Notes: generated by a model from the sequence alone, not told the origin. A DNA stretch of 64,000 nt from an uncultured Eubacteriales bacterium (GCA_934462825.1 CAKSIP010000003.1:477-64476), one strand, 5' to 3'; shown: positions 46,904-56,251, counted from the first letter of the stretch. Translations and numbers: made by a program.

Positions 46904-46943
46904 AAATACAGAAAGTAAAATCCAAGCAAAAAGGGGAAGCAAT

Positions 46944-48482
46944 ATGGGAGGACAGCCGGCCGATTATGAAAATGTGCGACTGACGGGGCAGCTTTCACGG
47001 GATTTGTCTATGGTGCGCCGGATTTTTCTGCGGGACAGTATTTTGCGGATTCGCCCCTTGTACTGCGTGGCGATTGGGCAAAAATGCGCGGCAGTTTATT
47101 TTGACGGGATGGTAAATTCCGATTTGCTGGTGGAAGGCATTTTTCGGCCCATGACGCAAAGCGCCCCGATTCATTGCCCCCACGGAAATCGTGCGGGCGA
47201 TACCGATGCGGCCGTTGCATTGCTGGCCGAGCGCGTGCTGGCGGCGGACGATGTGAAGGTTGTGCAAACGCTTGGGGAGATGCTGCGGGCGGTTATGTAC
47301 GGCGACACTTTGCTTTTGGTGGACGGAAGCACGAGCGCTCTGACGGTGAACAGCAAAGGCTGGAAAACGCGCGGCATTGACGAGCCGGAAGATGAACGTG
47401 TGCTGGAAGGCCCGCGGGAAGGCTTTAACGAGTCCGCTATGATCTCTACGGCACTGTTGCGGCGCAAGCTGCAAACGCCCGATTTTTCGGTGGAGCTTTT
47501 GCGAGTGGGACGTCGCACCGATACAAAGGTTTACCTGTGCTATCTTGGCAGCCTTGCGCCGCGCCGCCTGGTGAAAGCCTTGCGCCAACGCATTGCGTCC
47601 ATTGATATTGACGGCATTTTGGATGTCAATTATCTCAGTGAGCTGATGAGCGACCGTCCGAGGCAGCTGTTTCGGACATCGGGTACGACCGAGCGTCCTG
47701 ACGTGGTGGCCGCTCGCCTGCTGGAAGGACGCATTGCCATTTTGTGTGACGGCAGTCCCATGGCTCTGACGGTGCCCTATCTCTTTTCGGAAAATTTCCA
47801 ATCGGACGAGGACTATTATCAGCCGGCTCCGGTGGCTTGTGTCGGTCGGTTTTTGCGCTACCTGAGCTTTTTCCTGTCGATCAGCGTCCCCGCTGTGTAT
47901 GTGGCGTTGACCGTGTTTCACCGCCGCCTTTTGCCTACCGCCTTCCTTTTGTCGGTGTCGGCGGCCCGTCAGGGCGTTCCGATTGCATCGGTGACGGAAT
48001 GCTTGCTTCTGATCCTGATTTTTGAGATCCTGAAGGAAGCGGGCCTGCGGACTTCGCAAAGCCTTGGCAATGCTTTAAGCATTGTCGGCGGACTTGTCGT
48101 GGGGCAAGCGGCGGTGGAAGCCAAATTTGTCAGCGCCCCCATGCTGATTATCGTGGCTCTCAGCGGCATTGCCGGCTTGATGGTGCCGCGCTTGCGCGCC
48201 CCGGTGTTTTATTTGCGGCTTTTGCTGGTGATAGCGGCCGCTACCCTTGGACTTTTCGGATATATGGCGGTGATGGCCGCCGTGATCGTTCGGATTTTGT
48301 CCCTTCGCTCGTATGGCTTTGACGAAACGCCGGCGCTGTCTTCGCCGTCTTACCAAAGCTTCAAAGACACAATTCTTCGCGCCCCGATTGGGAAAATGCG
48401 GTTGCGCCCGCCTTTGACCGGAAACCGGATTCGCCTGAAAATGCAGAAAGGGCGCCGGGCGGAGAGGGACAGGGGTGTTTGA
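46944..48482 (+). CDS. Spore germination protein, GerA (A-subunit) family
   Basis: 512 aa with typical GerAA-family segments (LLVDGSTSALTVNSKGWKTRGIDEPEDERVLEGPREGFNES...TALLRRKL) and a C-terminal multi-TM region. Confidence 0.85.
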   Translation: MGGQPADYENVRLTGQLSRDLSMVRRIFLRDSILRIRPLYCVAIGQKCAAVYFDGMVNSDLLVEGIFRPMTQSAPIHCPHGNRAGDTDAAVALLAERVLAADDVKVVQTLGEMLRAVMYGDTLLLVDGSTSALTVNSKGWKTRGIDEPEDERVLEGPREGFNESAMISTALLRRKLQTPDFSVELLRVGRRTDTKVYLCYLGSLAPRRLVKALRQRIASIDIDGILDVNYLSELMSDRPRQLFRTSGTTERPDVVAARLLEGRIAILCDGSPMALTVPYLFSENFQSDEDYYQPAPVACVGRFLRYLSFFLSISVPAVYVALTVFHRRLLPTAFLLSVSAARQGVPIASVTECLLLILIFEILKEAGLRTSQSLGNALSIVGGLVVGQAAVEAKFVSAPMLIIVALSGIAGLMVPRLRAPVFYLRLLLVIAAATLGLFGYMAVMAAVIVRILSLRSYGFDETPALSSPSYQSFKDTILRAPIGKMRLRPPLTGNRIRLKMQKGRRAERDRGV

Positions 48483-48519
48483 AATCGAAATTTTGCATAA
48501 ATCAAAGGAGAGAGAAAAC

Positions 48520-49902
48520 ATGAAACTGACGGTACAGATGGAATGCAGGGGGATTCCGAAGCAATACGGACTGCCGAAAAAGCTTCGGGGCAAAAAAACA
48601 TGGAAGATCGGGGACGGGTGCCCTTCGGGCTTGGCCGTCTGGGGAGGACTTCTCGCCTTGCATATGGCCAAAAAGGTGTGCAAGGGCTGTCTTGGCTTGC
48701 GGAAAAAGCAAAAAGGATGCAGCGGCCACGCAAAAAGGCAGAAAAAAGATAAAGATAAAGATAAAGATAAAAACAAAACCAAAACCAAAAAGGAAAAAGT
48801 CCCAAAGCCTGCCCTCAAAGCCGGTCACTCCGGCGGGAAACGCGACGCAACCGGCCGTAAAGGCCGGTGCTTCGCGGTGTCGGTTTCCTTGGGGGGAATG
48901 GCGCTTGCTCTTTTTTTGTCGGGATGCTCGGCCATTCCCGGTTACACGGAGCCGGAAGATCAGTACATTGTATCGGCGCTGGGGTTTGATGTCCGGGATG
49001 GATTTTTGTCGGTGACCGCGCGGGTGGATCGTGCGGACGGGGCAAAGCCGCTCGTCTTTGAAGGGCAAGGAAAAAATGTGGAATATGCCATCAGTCATCT
49101 GGGTGGGAGCGACGAAAAGCGCCTGGAAACGGGACACTGCGCTTTGCTCGTCATCGGTGCCGGCGTAACGCCTTCCTATCTTGCGGAAATTCTCTCCTAT
49201 TGCGGCCGGAACGATAATATTACGGTGGCGGCTCATGTGGCGGCGGCCTTTGACGCCGGGGCGCTGTTGCGAACCGAGAGCGGGAGCGGCTACCGCTTGA
49301 TTGGCGCTTTGCGGGCCAAGGGCGACGGCACCGGGCTGGGCGAAGAAAGCCGTTTTTATGAGATCGAGGAGGCGCGTGCCACAAAGGGGAGCTTTGCGCT
49401 TCCGTATTTTTATATTTCGGAGGAAGAAACGGGCTTGTTTGGCCTAAAGGTGTATGCGGACGATGCGGAAACGTGTATTCTTGACCGACGGGAAAGCGCG
49501 TTTTTTCGGATTCTCTGCGGAAAATTTCGCCAAGGGCGGATTGACTACGATACGAAACACGGCATCGGAAGCGCGCATGTGCTTTTTTGCCATACACAGT
49601 TTTCCGCCGAACCGGGTGACAACGGGATTTTGCGAATCGGGGTGTGGTGCGACCTTTGGCTGGACGGAAAACAACCGATGACAGGGGAGGAAGATGTCGA
49701 AACGCTTTCCGCGACCTTGGCCGGGGAAATGCAGACCTTGTATCAGCAGCTTGCGTCCCGATATGGGGATGTGTTCGGCTTGGCTGCACACGTGGAGCGT
49801 GCGCTCCCCCATGCGGCGGATCGTTGGACACTATCCCCGGAGCAGGGGACGGAGCCGGTGGAGGTGTTTTTCGTTTGCCGCTTGGAGAAAAAGCCGGCAT
49901 AA
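48520..49902 (+). CDS. Ger(x)C-family germination lipoprotein with an unusual basic N-terminal extension
   Basis: The mature part LFLSGCSAIPGYTEPEDQYIVSALGFD... is typical of GerAC-type lipoproteins. The only well-supported start (ATG at 48520, AAAGGAGAG 8 nt upstream) lies about 125 codons before the lipobox. The extension contains KKDKDKDKDKNKTKTKKEK. The start is uncertain. Confidence 0.65.
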   Translation: MKLTVQMECRGIPKQYGLPKKLRGKKTWKIGDGCPSGLAVWGGLLALHMAKKVCKGCLGLRKKQKGCSGHAKRQKKDKDKDKDKNKTKTKKEKVPKPALKAGHSGGKRDATGRKGRCFAVSVSLGGMALALFLSGCSAIPGYTEPEDQYIVSALGFDVRDGFLSVTARVDRADGAKPLVFEGQGKNVEYAISHLGGSDEKRLETGHCALLVIGAGVTPSYLAEILSYCGRNDNITVAAHVAAAFDAGALLRTESGSGYRLIGALRAKGDGTGLGEESRFYEIEEARATKGSFALPYFYISEEETGLFGLKVYADDAETCILDRRESAFFRILCGKFRQGRIDYDTKHGIGSAHVLFCHTQFSAEPGDNGILRIGVWCDLWLDGKQPMTGEEDVETLSATLAGEMQTLYQQLASRYGDVFGLAAHVERALPHAADRWTLSPEQGTEPVEVFFVCRLEKKPA

Positions 49903-49986
49903 TCCGGGCATGGGAAAGGCAAAGCAGCAGAAACGGGAAAGGGAAAGAGAAAGAGAAAGAAAAAGAGAAAAGAAAGGAACGTCAAG

Positions 49987-51240
49987 ATGGGAAAATGGGA
50001 CAACTTTTCGGCAGTGCGGCCGGGGAAAACAGAGAGGGCGCCAAGACGCGCCAAAGTGAAAAAAGAAGCGGGAGCCGCCGGCGGCGGTGGCGACAGTCGG
50101 GGCGGTTTTCCTCGCACGGTCAAGAGCCAATCGGCGCACGCGCTTCCTTTCAACCGGCTTTCCGGTTCTTTTTCGCTGGCTTTGTTCCTTTCCGCCGGGT
50201 GTATGCTGACCGCAGGACGGCAGGACGGCGCCACGTTAGCGGAGCTTTTGCTGGCGGCGCTGGCGGCTTTTTTGCTCTTTCCTCCGGTTGCGGCGGGACT
50301 GTGCCGCCTCTTTCGTTGGGCTGACGACACCGCACGCCGCGAGACGGAGTTTCGTGCTACGGACGCTTCGCTTGGGACGGGACGCATCCGGCTCCGGCGG
50401 CTGTGTCGGGACGTTTTCGCGCTGCTGTTGGCCGTGGCCGCGCTGGTGGTGGCGCTGGCTTCGGTGCACGAATTTACGGATTTTGCCGCCAACGTGATGT
50501 TTTTGCATATGCCAATCGCCGCCGTGGCGGCGGCATTTCTGGCTTTTTGCGCCTACCTTGCCTCTTGCGGCCTGCGAACGGTGGAAAAATTTGCTTTTGT
50601 CGCCTTTCTTTTTGTGTTTCTGTGTGCCGTGTGCCTGTTTTTCTTTTCGTTTCCGCAGTTGGATCGGGAACGGATGATCGCGCAAAGCGCCGCGACGCTT
50701 AGCGTTTCCAGCGTTTTTAAGGCCTTTGTGCGTATATATTTGCCGGGAAGCGTTGCTTTGGCCTTTTTGGCGCTTTCCGGGACGCAAAAACCGAGAAAAA
50801 GGAGCGAAGCGCCGGGCAAGGTGCGCCGCGGTAGGGGAGAAGGCCGTCGCTCCGGCATCGGTGGCGATGCGTCCGAGAAAAAGAGCGGTTGGCCCTGCGC
50901 CGGCGCGGTTTTGTACGGCGTGACCGGGGGAACCACACTGCTGTTGGTTTGCTTTTTGCATGTCCTTTTGCTTTTCGGCAATGATTTCGGCGGCCGTCAG
51001 ACCTACCCCTATGCGGCGGCGGTCAGCACGATCACCGCCGGCAAGCTCTTTTTTCGCATGGAAGGCTTTGCTTATATGATGTATTTTTCCGCGTGCGCCC
51101 TTCGCGTGGCGCTTTGCATCTCTCTGCTTTGCCTGCTTTGCGCGCGTGTGGCGGAGCGCTACCTGCCGAAATCCTTCTTTTCCCGCTCGCTTTCCTTTCT
51201 GTTTGGCGGTCTTTTGTTTCTCGGACAGCTTTTTCTGTGA
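49987..51240 (+). CDS. Polytopic membrane protein, possibly a divergent GerAB-type subunit
   Basis: Several hydrophobic helices, and the position completes a gerA-type operon. The C-terminal segment (YPYAAAVSTITAGKLFFRMEGFAYMMYF) is reminiscent of GerAB proteins. The N-terminus is basic and atypical, and there is an internal basic loop. The start is uncertain. Confidence 0.35.
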   Translation: MGKWDNFSAVRPGKTERAPRRAKVKKEAGAAGGGGDSRGGFPRTVKSQSAHALPFNRLSGSFSLALFLSAGCMLTAGRQDGATLAELLLAALAAFLLFPPVAAGLCRLFRWADDTARRETEFRATDASLGTGRIRLRRLCRDVFALLLAVAALVVALASVHEFTDFAANVMFLHMPIAAVAAAFLAFCAYLASCGLRTVEKFAFVAFLFVFLCAVCLFFFSFPQLDRERMIAQSAATLSVSSVFKAFVRIYLPGSVALAFLALSGTQKPRKRSEAPGKVRRGRGEGRRSGIGGDASEKKSGWPCAGAVLYGVTGGTTLLLVCFLHVLLLFGNDFGGRQTYPYAAAVSTITAGKLFFRMEGFAYMMYFSACALRVALCISLLCLLCARVAERYLPKSFFSRSLSFLFGGLLFLGQLFL

Positions 51241-51375
51241 AACCATGCTGTAAAGTGTCACCTCCGGCGCTTTCGCTTCATACACTGACGTTGCGTCCTG
51301 TTCCGCTTCCGCAGGGAGCGGGCGAAGGAAAAGAAGGAGAAAGAAAAGACATAAAGAGAAAGAAAGGACGATTGT

Positions 51376-52416
51376 ATGGCAACGAAAATTTATATTGACC
51401 AAGGGCACAACCCGGTCAACCCGAATGCCGGGGCCGAAGGCTCCGGGTACCGGGAACAGGATCTGGTTTTTCGGATCGGAATTTTGCTCTCGCAAATTTT
51501 AGAAAGCGACGGATATGAAACGCGTCTGTCTCGTCCGACGGCGCAAACGCAGTTGGGCACCAGCAATCTCAGCTCTTTGCAAAGGCGAGTGAACGAAGCC
51601 AACCGTTGGGGGGCAGACTATTTTATCACCCTGCATACCAATGCGGCCGAAAATTCGGCGGCGACCGGATCGGAAGCCTTGGTTTATTCGATTCCTTCCC
51701 GCGCGTCTCGGCTGGGCGAATCCATTTTGCGAGAGCTGACCGAGCTTACGGGACTGCGAAACCGCGGCGTGATCGCCCGGCCGGGACTGTATGTACTGCG
51801 CAAAACTACCATGCCGGCGGTGCTTTTGGAGCTTGGATTTATCAGCAACCCCTCCGATGCGGCGCAGATGGCCAATGAGCCGGAGCTGTTTGCCGAGGGC
51901 ATTGCCAAGGGAATCGTTGCTTATCTTGACACAGTGCCGGCCGGAAAGCCCGCCGGGGAAGCGGTAGCGGCCGCGGCTTTGCCGGAGGTGCGGTATGAGC
52001 CGCTCTCGGATTCCCCTCCGGCCAACGACGAGGAGGAGAGGGAAAAGCAGGCGCTGCTCCCGGACTACGAACAGTTCCTCTTGGAAAATCCGTGCTTCGG
52101 AGAGCTGAAGGTGCAGGCGTATCGCAGCTTTCAGGCCCTCCCCGTACCCGATGTGAATATCACGGTGTATAAGGTTTTCCGCGACGGCCATCGGGTTTTG
52201 TTTTCGGGGAAAACCGATCCCAGCGGATTGATTGAAAGCATTCGCTTGCCGGCGCCGCCGCGCGGAAATTCGCTCACCCCGGCGGAGAATGTCAAGGCGG
52301 CTGTGGTACAGCTTCATGCCGAGGCGACGGGGTACGTGTCGCAGGAGCAAACGGTGGAGATCTTTGAAAACATGCGGACGATCCAGCCGTTGCAGATGAT
52401 GCTGAAAGAGGAATAA
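51376..52416 (+). CDS. N-acetylmuramoyl-L-alanine amidase (Amidase_3) with a C-terminal beta-rich domain
   Basis: KIYIDQGHNP...GYREQD...ADYFITLHTNA...GSEALVY...LRKTTMPAVLLELGFISNPSDA is the Amidase_3 pattern. The C-terminal roughly 110 aa (VNITVYKVF...SGLIESIRLPAPP...) form a separate domain. Confidence 0.85.
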   Translation: MATKIYIDQGHNPVNPNAGAEGSGYREQDLVFRIGILLSQILESDGYETRLSRPTAQTQLGTSNLSSLQRRVNEANRWGADYFITLHTNAAENSAATGSEALVYSIPSRASRLGESILRELTELTGLRNRGVIARPGLYVLRKTTMPAVLLELGFISNPSDAAQMANEPELFAEGIAKGIVAYLDTVPAGKPAGEAVAAAALPEVRYEPLSDSPPANDEEEREKQALLPDYEQFLLENPCFGELKVQAYRSFQALPVPDVNITVYKVFRDGHRVLFSGKTDPSGLIESIRLPAPPRGNSLTPAENVKAAVVQLHAEATGYVSQEQTVEIFENMRTIQPLQMMLKEE

Positions 52417-52473
52417 CCCGCCTGTGACCGAAAGAAAAGTGCATTTTTCCCTGAAAGAAAGGAGGCCATGCCA

Positions 52474-53820
52474 ATGGCGCGTTTTACCGTTCCGCAATAC
52501 ATAACGGTGCATTTGGGTGCTCCGGATGCACCGGCTGAAAATGTTCGGGTTCCCTTTATTGATTATGTAAAAAATGTGGCTTCCAGCGAGATCTATCCGA
52601 CATGGCCGGAAAATGCGTTGCGCGCCAATATGTATGCGCAGATTTCCTTTGCTTTGAATCGGGTGTACAGTGAATGGTACCGGAGCCGCGGCTACGATTT
52701 TGATATTACGTCCAGCACACGATACGATCAGAAATTCGTCAAAGGGCGGGACATCTTTGACAGCGTTTCCAAAATTGCGGACGAGATTTTTAACGATTAC
52801 ATCGTTCGCCAGGGCATGGTACAGCCGCTGTTTGCGCAATATTGCAACGGAACGACCGTTACCTGCCGGGGACTTTCCCAATGGGGGACGGTCAGCTTAG
52901 CCGAGGAGGGACTGACGCCGTATGAAATTCTGCAATATTATTACGGGGATGACATCACGATTGTGTTCAATGCGCCCACGGCACCCACACTGCCGTCCTA
53001 TCCCGGCTTCCCGCTGAAAAGAGGGAGCATCGGGGAGGATGTGCGTACCCTGCAACGACAGCTGAACCGCGTGAGCCGAAATTACCCCTCTATCCGACCG
53101 GAGTTGGCGCTGGACGGATATTTCGGCGCCAACACGGAGCAGACGGTGAAAAAATTTCAGACGACTTTTAATTTGGACGTGGACGGCGTGGTCGGAAAGG
53201 CAACGTGGTATAAGGTGAAGGCAATTTTCAACGCCGTCAAGCGCATTGCCGACATTCAAAGCGAGGGACTTACGCTCAGCGAGGTGGATCGGATTTTCCG
53301 CGAGCTTCTCCGCCTCGGAGACACCGGAATTGACGTGCAAAACCTGCAATATTATTTGGCGGTCGTGGCGTATTTTGACAATTCCATTCCGGCTCCGGTG
53401 GAAAACGGCGTGTTTGATCCTCAAACGGAGGCGGCCGTGCGCGCCTTTCAGGCGAGCGAGGGGCTTCGGGCGGATGGAATTGTCGGTCGGGACACATGGG
53501 GCGCTTTGATCCGGCGGTATGACGCCCTGCTCGCCTCGTTGCCGGATCTTCTCGGCGATGACGCGGCTTATGTGTACCCCGGACGGTTTCTCTCTCTCGG
53601 AAGCACGGGGGAACCGGTGCTGGAGCTGCAAAAGCTGATCAATCGGGCGGCGGCGTCGGATCCGTCCATTCCTTCCGTCGCAGAGGACGGCGTGTATGGA
53701 GAGGAAACCGAAAAGGCCATCCGCGTCATTCAGCAGAAAAATGGTTTGGATGTTACCGGCGTGACGGGACTGACCACATGGGAGACGGTGGTGCGGCTGG
53801 CCACAGGAAAAGGAACATGA
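52474..53820 (+). CDS. SleC-like spore cortex-lytic enzyme with three PG_binding_1 repeats
   Basis: YITVHLGAPDAPAENVRVPFIDYVKNVASSEIYPTWPENALRANMYAQISFALNRVYSEWYRSRGYDFDITSSTRYDQKF closely parallels the catalytic core of clostridial SleC as I remember it. Three peptidoglycan-binding repeats follow (G..G.DV..LQ..LN...DG.FG..T). Start at the second ATG, 8 nt after AGGAGG. Confidence 0.75.
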   Translation: MARFTVPQYITVHLGAPDAPAENVRVPFIDYVKNVASSEIYPTWPENALRANMYAQISFALNRVYSEWYRSRGYDFDITSSTRYDQKFVKGRDIFDSVSKIADEIFNDYIVRQGMVQPLFAQYCNGTTVTCRGLSQWGTVSLAEEGLTPYEILQYYYGDDITIVFNAPTAPTLPSYPGFPLKRGSIGEDVRTLQRQLNRVSRNYPSIRPELALDGYFGANTEQTVKKFQTTFNLDVDGVVGKATWYKVKAIFNAVKRIADIQSEGLTLSEVDRIFRELLRLGDTGIDVQNLQYYLAVVAYFDNSIPAPVENGVFDPQTEAAVRAFQASEGLRADGIVGRDTWGALIRRYDALLASLPDLLGDDAAYVYPGRFLSLGSTGEPVLELQKLINRAAASDPSIPSVAEDGVYGEETEKAIRVIQQKNGLDVTGVTGLTTWETVVRLATGKGT

Positions 53821-53830
53821 ATTTTTATGC

Positions 53831-53867
53831 AAAATGCCCGGTTTGTCCGAAAACCGGGCATTTTTTG
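53831..53867. terminator. Bidirectional rho-independent terminator
   Basis: aaaatgcccggttt-gtccg-aaaccgggcatttttt. Confidence 0.8.
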
Positions 53868-54004
53868 CATTTTAAATGTTTTCTTTTTTAAAAGGAACGA
53901 TATAATGTAATATGACGGATTTTGCCATCGCCCGGCAAGGCGCAAAGCCGTAAAGCCGGTTATGTATGGAGTCAAAATAAATACGGAAAGAATGGAAAAA
54001 AAAG

Positions 54005-54277
54005 ATGAACGCAACGGTAAACTGTGAAAAAACGCTTTTGAAAATTAAACATGCTTGTTGTGAGGCCGTGCCCGATTTGAATGTGTCTGCGATTGATACG
54101 CAAACTCGTTTGCGGGAGGACTTGGCTTTAAATTCGCTGACCATGATGATGCTGGCCGTGGCCGTGGAGGAGGAATTTGATTTCCGCTTTGACGAGCTGC
54201 CCGAATTTCAGACCGTAGGAGATATTTGCCATTACATAGAAGAACATGCCGATGGCACAGCGAATGCCCGTCCCTGA
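54005..54277 (+). CDS. Divergent acyl carrier protein
   Basis: 90 aa. The segment LREDLALNSLTMMMLAVAVEEEFDFRF has the ACP helix-II layout, with the phosphopantetheine Ser in an NSL context rather than the housekeeping DSL context. Confidence 0.65.
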   Translation: MNATVNCEKTLLKIKHACCEAVPDLNVSAIDTQTRLREDLALNSLTMMMLAVAVEEEFDFRFDELPEFQTVGDICHYIEEHADGTANARP

Positions 54278-54414
54278 GATCGGATTGCGGCGAAACGATT
54301 ACATTTTTTAGAAGATAAAAGAAAGGAGGGTTCGCTTCGGCGCGGCTTTGACTCAACGATGCTTGGACAATCCATAGGACGCCCCCGAAACGAAACCGAT
54401 TGTAATTTTCGAGA

Positions 54415-55047
54415 ATGAAAAGGTTGGATATTGTAAAAGAGGCCAAGTATATGCACGTGGCCGCATCGGCCCTTTTGGTGGCGGTCGGTATTCTTCTGAT
54501 GATATGGGACTATGAGCTGATTTTAGCGGTGCGCTATATGGTGGGAGGCGGCTTGATTGTGGCCGGACTGTCGAAAGTGTTTGGCTATTTTGCCAACGAC
54601 TTGTACCGTTTGGCTTTTCAGTTTGATTTGGCCTTTGGGCTGCTGACCGCAATTCTCGGCTTGTTTGTCCTTTTCACGCAATTCAAAAATCCGACCTTTT
54701 TGGTGGGCGTGGTGGTTTTGTTCCTGTTGATCGACGGACTTTTGAAATTGCAGATCTCGGTGGACGCGCGACGCTTCGGGATGAAGCGGTGGGCGCTTTT
54801 GATGGTGTCGGCGGGGCTGGTTGTGGTGCTGAGTGGACTTTTGTTTTACGCCCTTTTGGACAGCCGGATTCTGAACCCCGTCAAGACCGTGGGGCTTGCG
54901 CTGATTGTGGATGGAGCAGAAAACATTTGGAACACGATGTACACGGTTCGTGTTCGCGCCCGCAAGAAAAACGCAACCGAAATGCTGGATCGGCTGGATT
55001 CGGCTTCGGGCAAACGAAAAGATGATGCAAACGGAACGAAAGAGTAA
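54415..55047 (+). CDS. Small multi-TM membrane protein (HdeD/DUF308-like)
   Basis: Six hydrophobic segments in a repeated G..L...G......F pattern. An alternative start at 54451 (MHVAAS) has a better RBS. Confidence 0.45.
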   Translation: MKRLDIVKEAKYMHVAASALLVAVGILLMIWDYELILAVRYMVGGGLIVAGLSKVFGYFANDLYRLAFQFDLAFGLLTAILGLFVLFTQFKNPTFLVGVVVLFLLIDGLLKLQISVDARRFGMKRWALLMVSAGLVVVLSGLLFYALLDSRILNPVKTVGLALIVDGAENIWNTMYTVRVRARKKNATEMLDRLDSASGKRKDDANGTKE

Positions 55048-55051
55048 GACC

Positions 55052-56251
55052 ATGGAAACGGAAGTGCGTCAAATGCGTGAAATGCGTGAAAAGAAAATTG
55101 TATTGGATGTGTTCGGGAGCGATGCCCCGGAACGATTGATAGAAGGTCTGGCGGATGCGTCGGACTTTTTGAAAGAGAACCGCCTGACCGTTGTTTTGCC
55201 GGGGGATCCGTCTTTGTTAGAGACATGGCTGGAGCAATACGGCGTGGCACGGGAGGTAACGGAAATTTTGCCGGCTTCTCAAATGATCACCAACGATGAC
55301 AGCCCGGCGATGGCCGTGCTTCGTAAAAAAGATGCTTCGCTGACGCGGGGCATTCGCTATTTGAAGGAGCAGGAACCGGCCATCGGCATGATCTCGGCCG
55401 GCAATACCGGGGCGCTTTTGGCCGGAAGCGTTTTGATTTTGGGACGGTTGCCCGGCGTGATTCTGCCGGCCTTGGCCACCTTTTTGCCGACCTTGGGGGA
55501 TCACTACCCCTGTATGCTGGATTGCGGCGCTAACGTGGATTGCACACCGGTTCAGCTGACGCAGTTTGCCCTGATGGGAAGCGCGTTGGTGCAGTCTATG
55601 TACGGCCTAAAGGAGCCGACCTGTGCGCTCCTTTCCATCGGAACGGAGGATAAAAAGGGAAATGCTTTGAGCAAGGAAGCATTTGCCCGGCTCAAGGAGC
55701 TTCCCATCCGCTTTGTGGGCAACATGGAGGCGCGGGATGCGCTGAGCGGCGCGTACGACGTGATCGTGTGCGACGGCTTTGCGGGCAATATCCTTTTGAA
55801 AACCATTGAAGGAACCGCTCACTTCATGATGGACATGATGGATCGCTATCTGGATATTTATTCCGGGGCCGCCTGCCACACGCAGACCTTTGCCGCAACC
55901 GATTCTGCCGAATATTCGGTGGAGAATTTTATGACGCCCAAGGCGAAAGCGCTGATTGACGGAAAAACCTATGACAATCGCTTTGCGCACCGCGCGGTGC
56001 AGGGACTGTCGATTGACATGGACTTGGGGGCGCGCGGCGGCGCGTTTCTTCTCGGCACCCACAAGATCGTGATGAAGATTCATGGAAGCTCGCAAAAGCA
56101 CTCTGTGCTTTGCGCGTTGCGGCAGATTTTGGACGTGGAGCGCGGTGGCTTTATCGAACGGCAGCAAGACCTTTTGGAAAAGGCGCTGGCGGAAGAAATG
56201 CTGGAAAAGGCCGAGCAAAAAGAAAAACAAGACGCATCCGGCGAGCGATAA
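55052..56251 (+). CDS. plsX: Phosphate acyltransferase PlsX family, divergent, with an internal insertion and acidic tail
   Basis: ISAGNTGALLA, DCGANVDC, IGTEDKKGN, GNMEARD, VCDGFAGNILLKTIEG and KIHGSS align with PlsX. The N-terminal motif is VFGSDAP rather than the usual MGGD.AP. An extra segment of about 60 aa lies between the LKT.EG and HGSS regions. Confidence 0.75.
   Translation: METEVRQMREMREKKIVLDVFGSDAPERLIEGLADASDFLKENRLTVVLPGDPSLLETWLEQYGVAREVTEILPASQMITNDDSPAMAVLRKKDASLTRGIRYLKEQEPAIGMISAGNTGALLAGSVLILGRLPGVILPALATFLPTLGDHYPCMLDCGANVDCTPVQLTQFALMGSALVQSMYGLKEPTCALLSIGTEDKKGNALSKEAFARLKELPIRFVGNMEARDALSGAYDVIVCDGFAGNILLKTIEGTAHFMMDMMDRYLDIYSGAACHTQTFAATDSAEYSVENFMTPKAKALIDGKTYDNRFAHRAVQGLSIDMDLGARGGAFLLGTHKIVMKIHGSSQKHSVLCALRQILDVERGGFIERQQDLLEKALAEEMLEKAEQKEKQDASGER

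Noticed and set aside
28731-46943. Calling the accessory block a mobile element or genomic island
   Set aside because: No integrase, transposase, tRNA target, flanking direct repeats or obvious composition shift could be seen by eye. Only the synteny break is reported.
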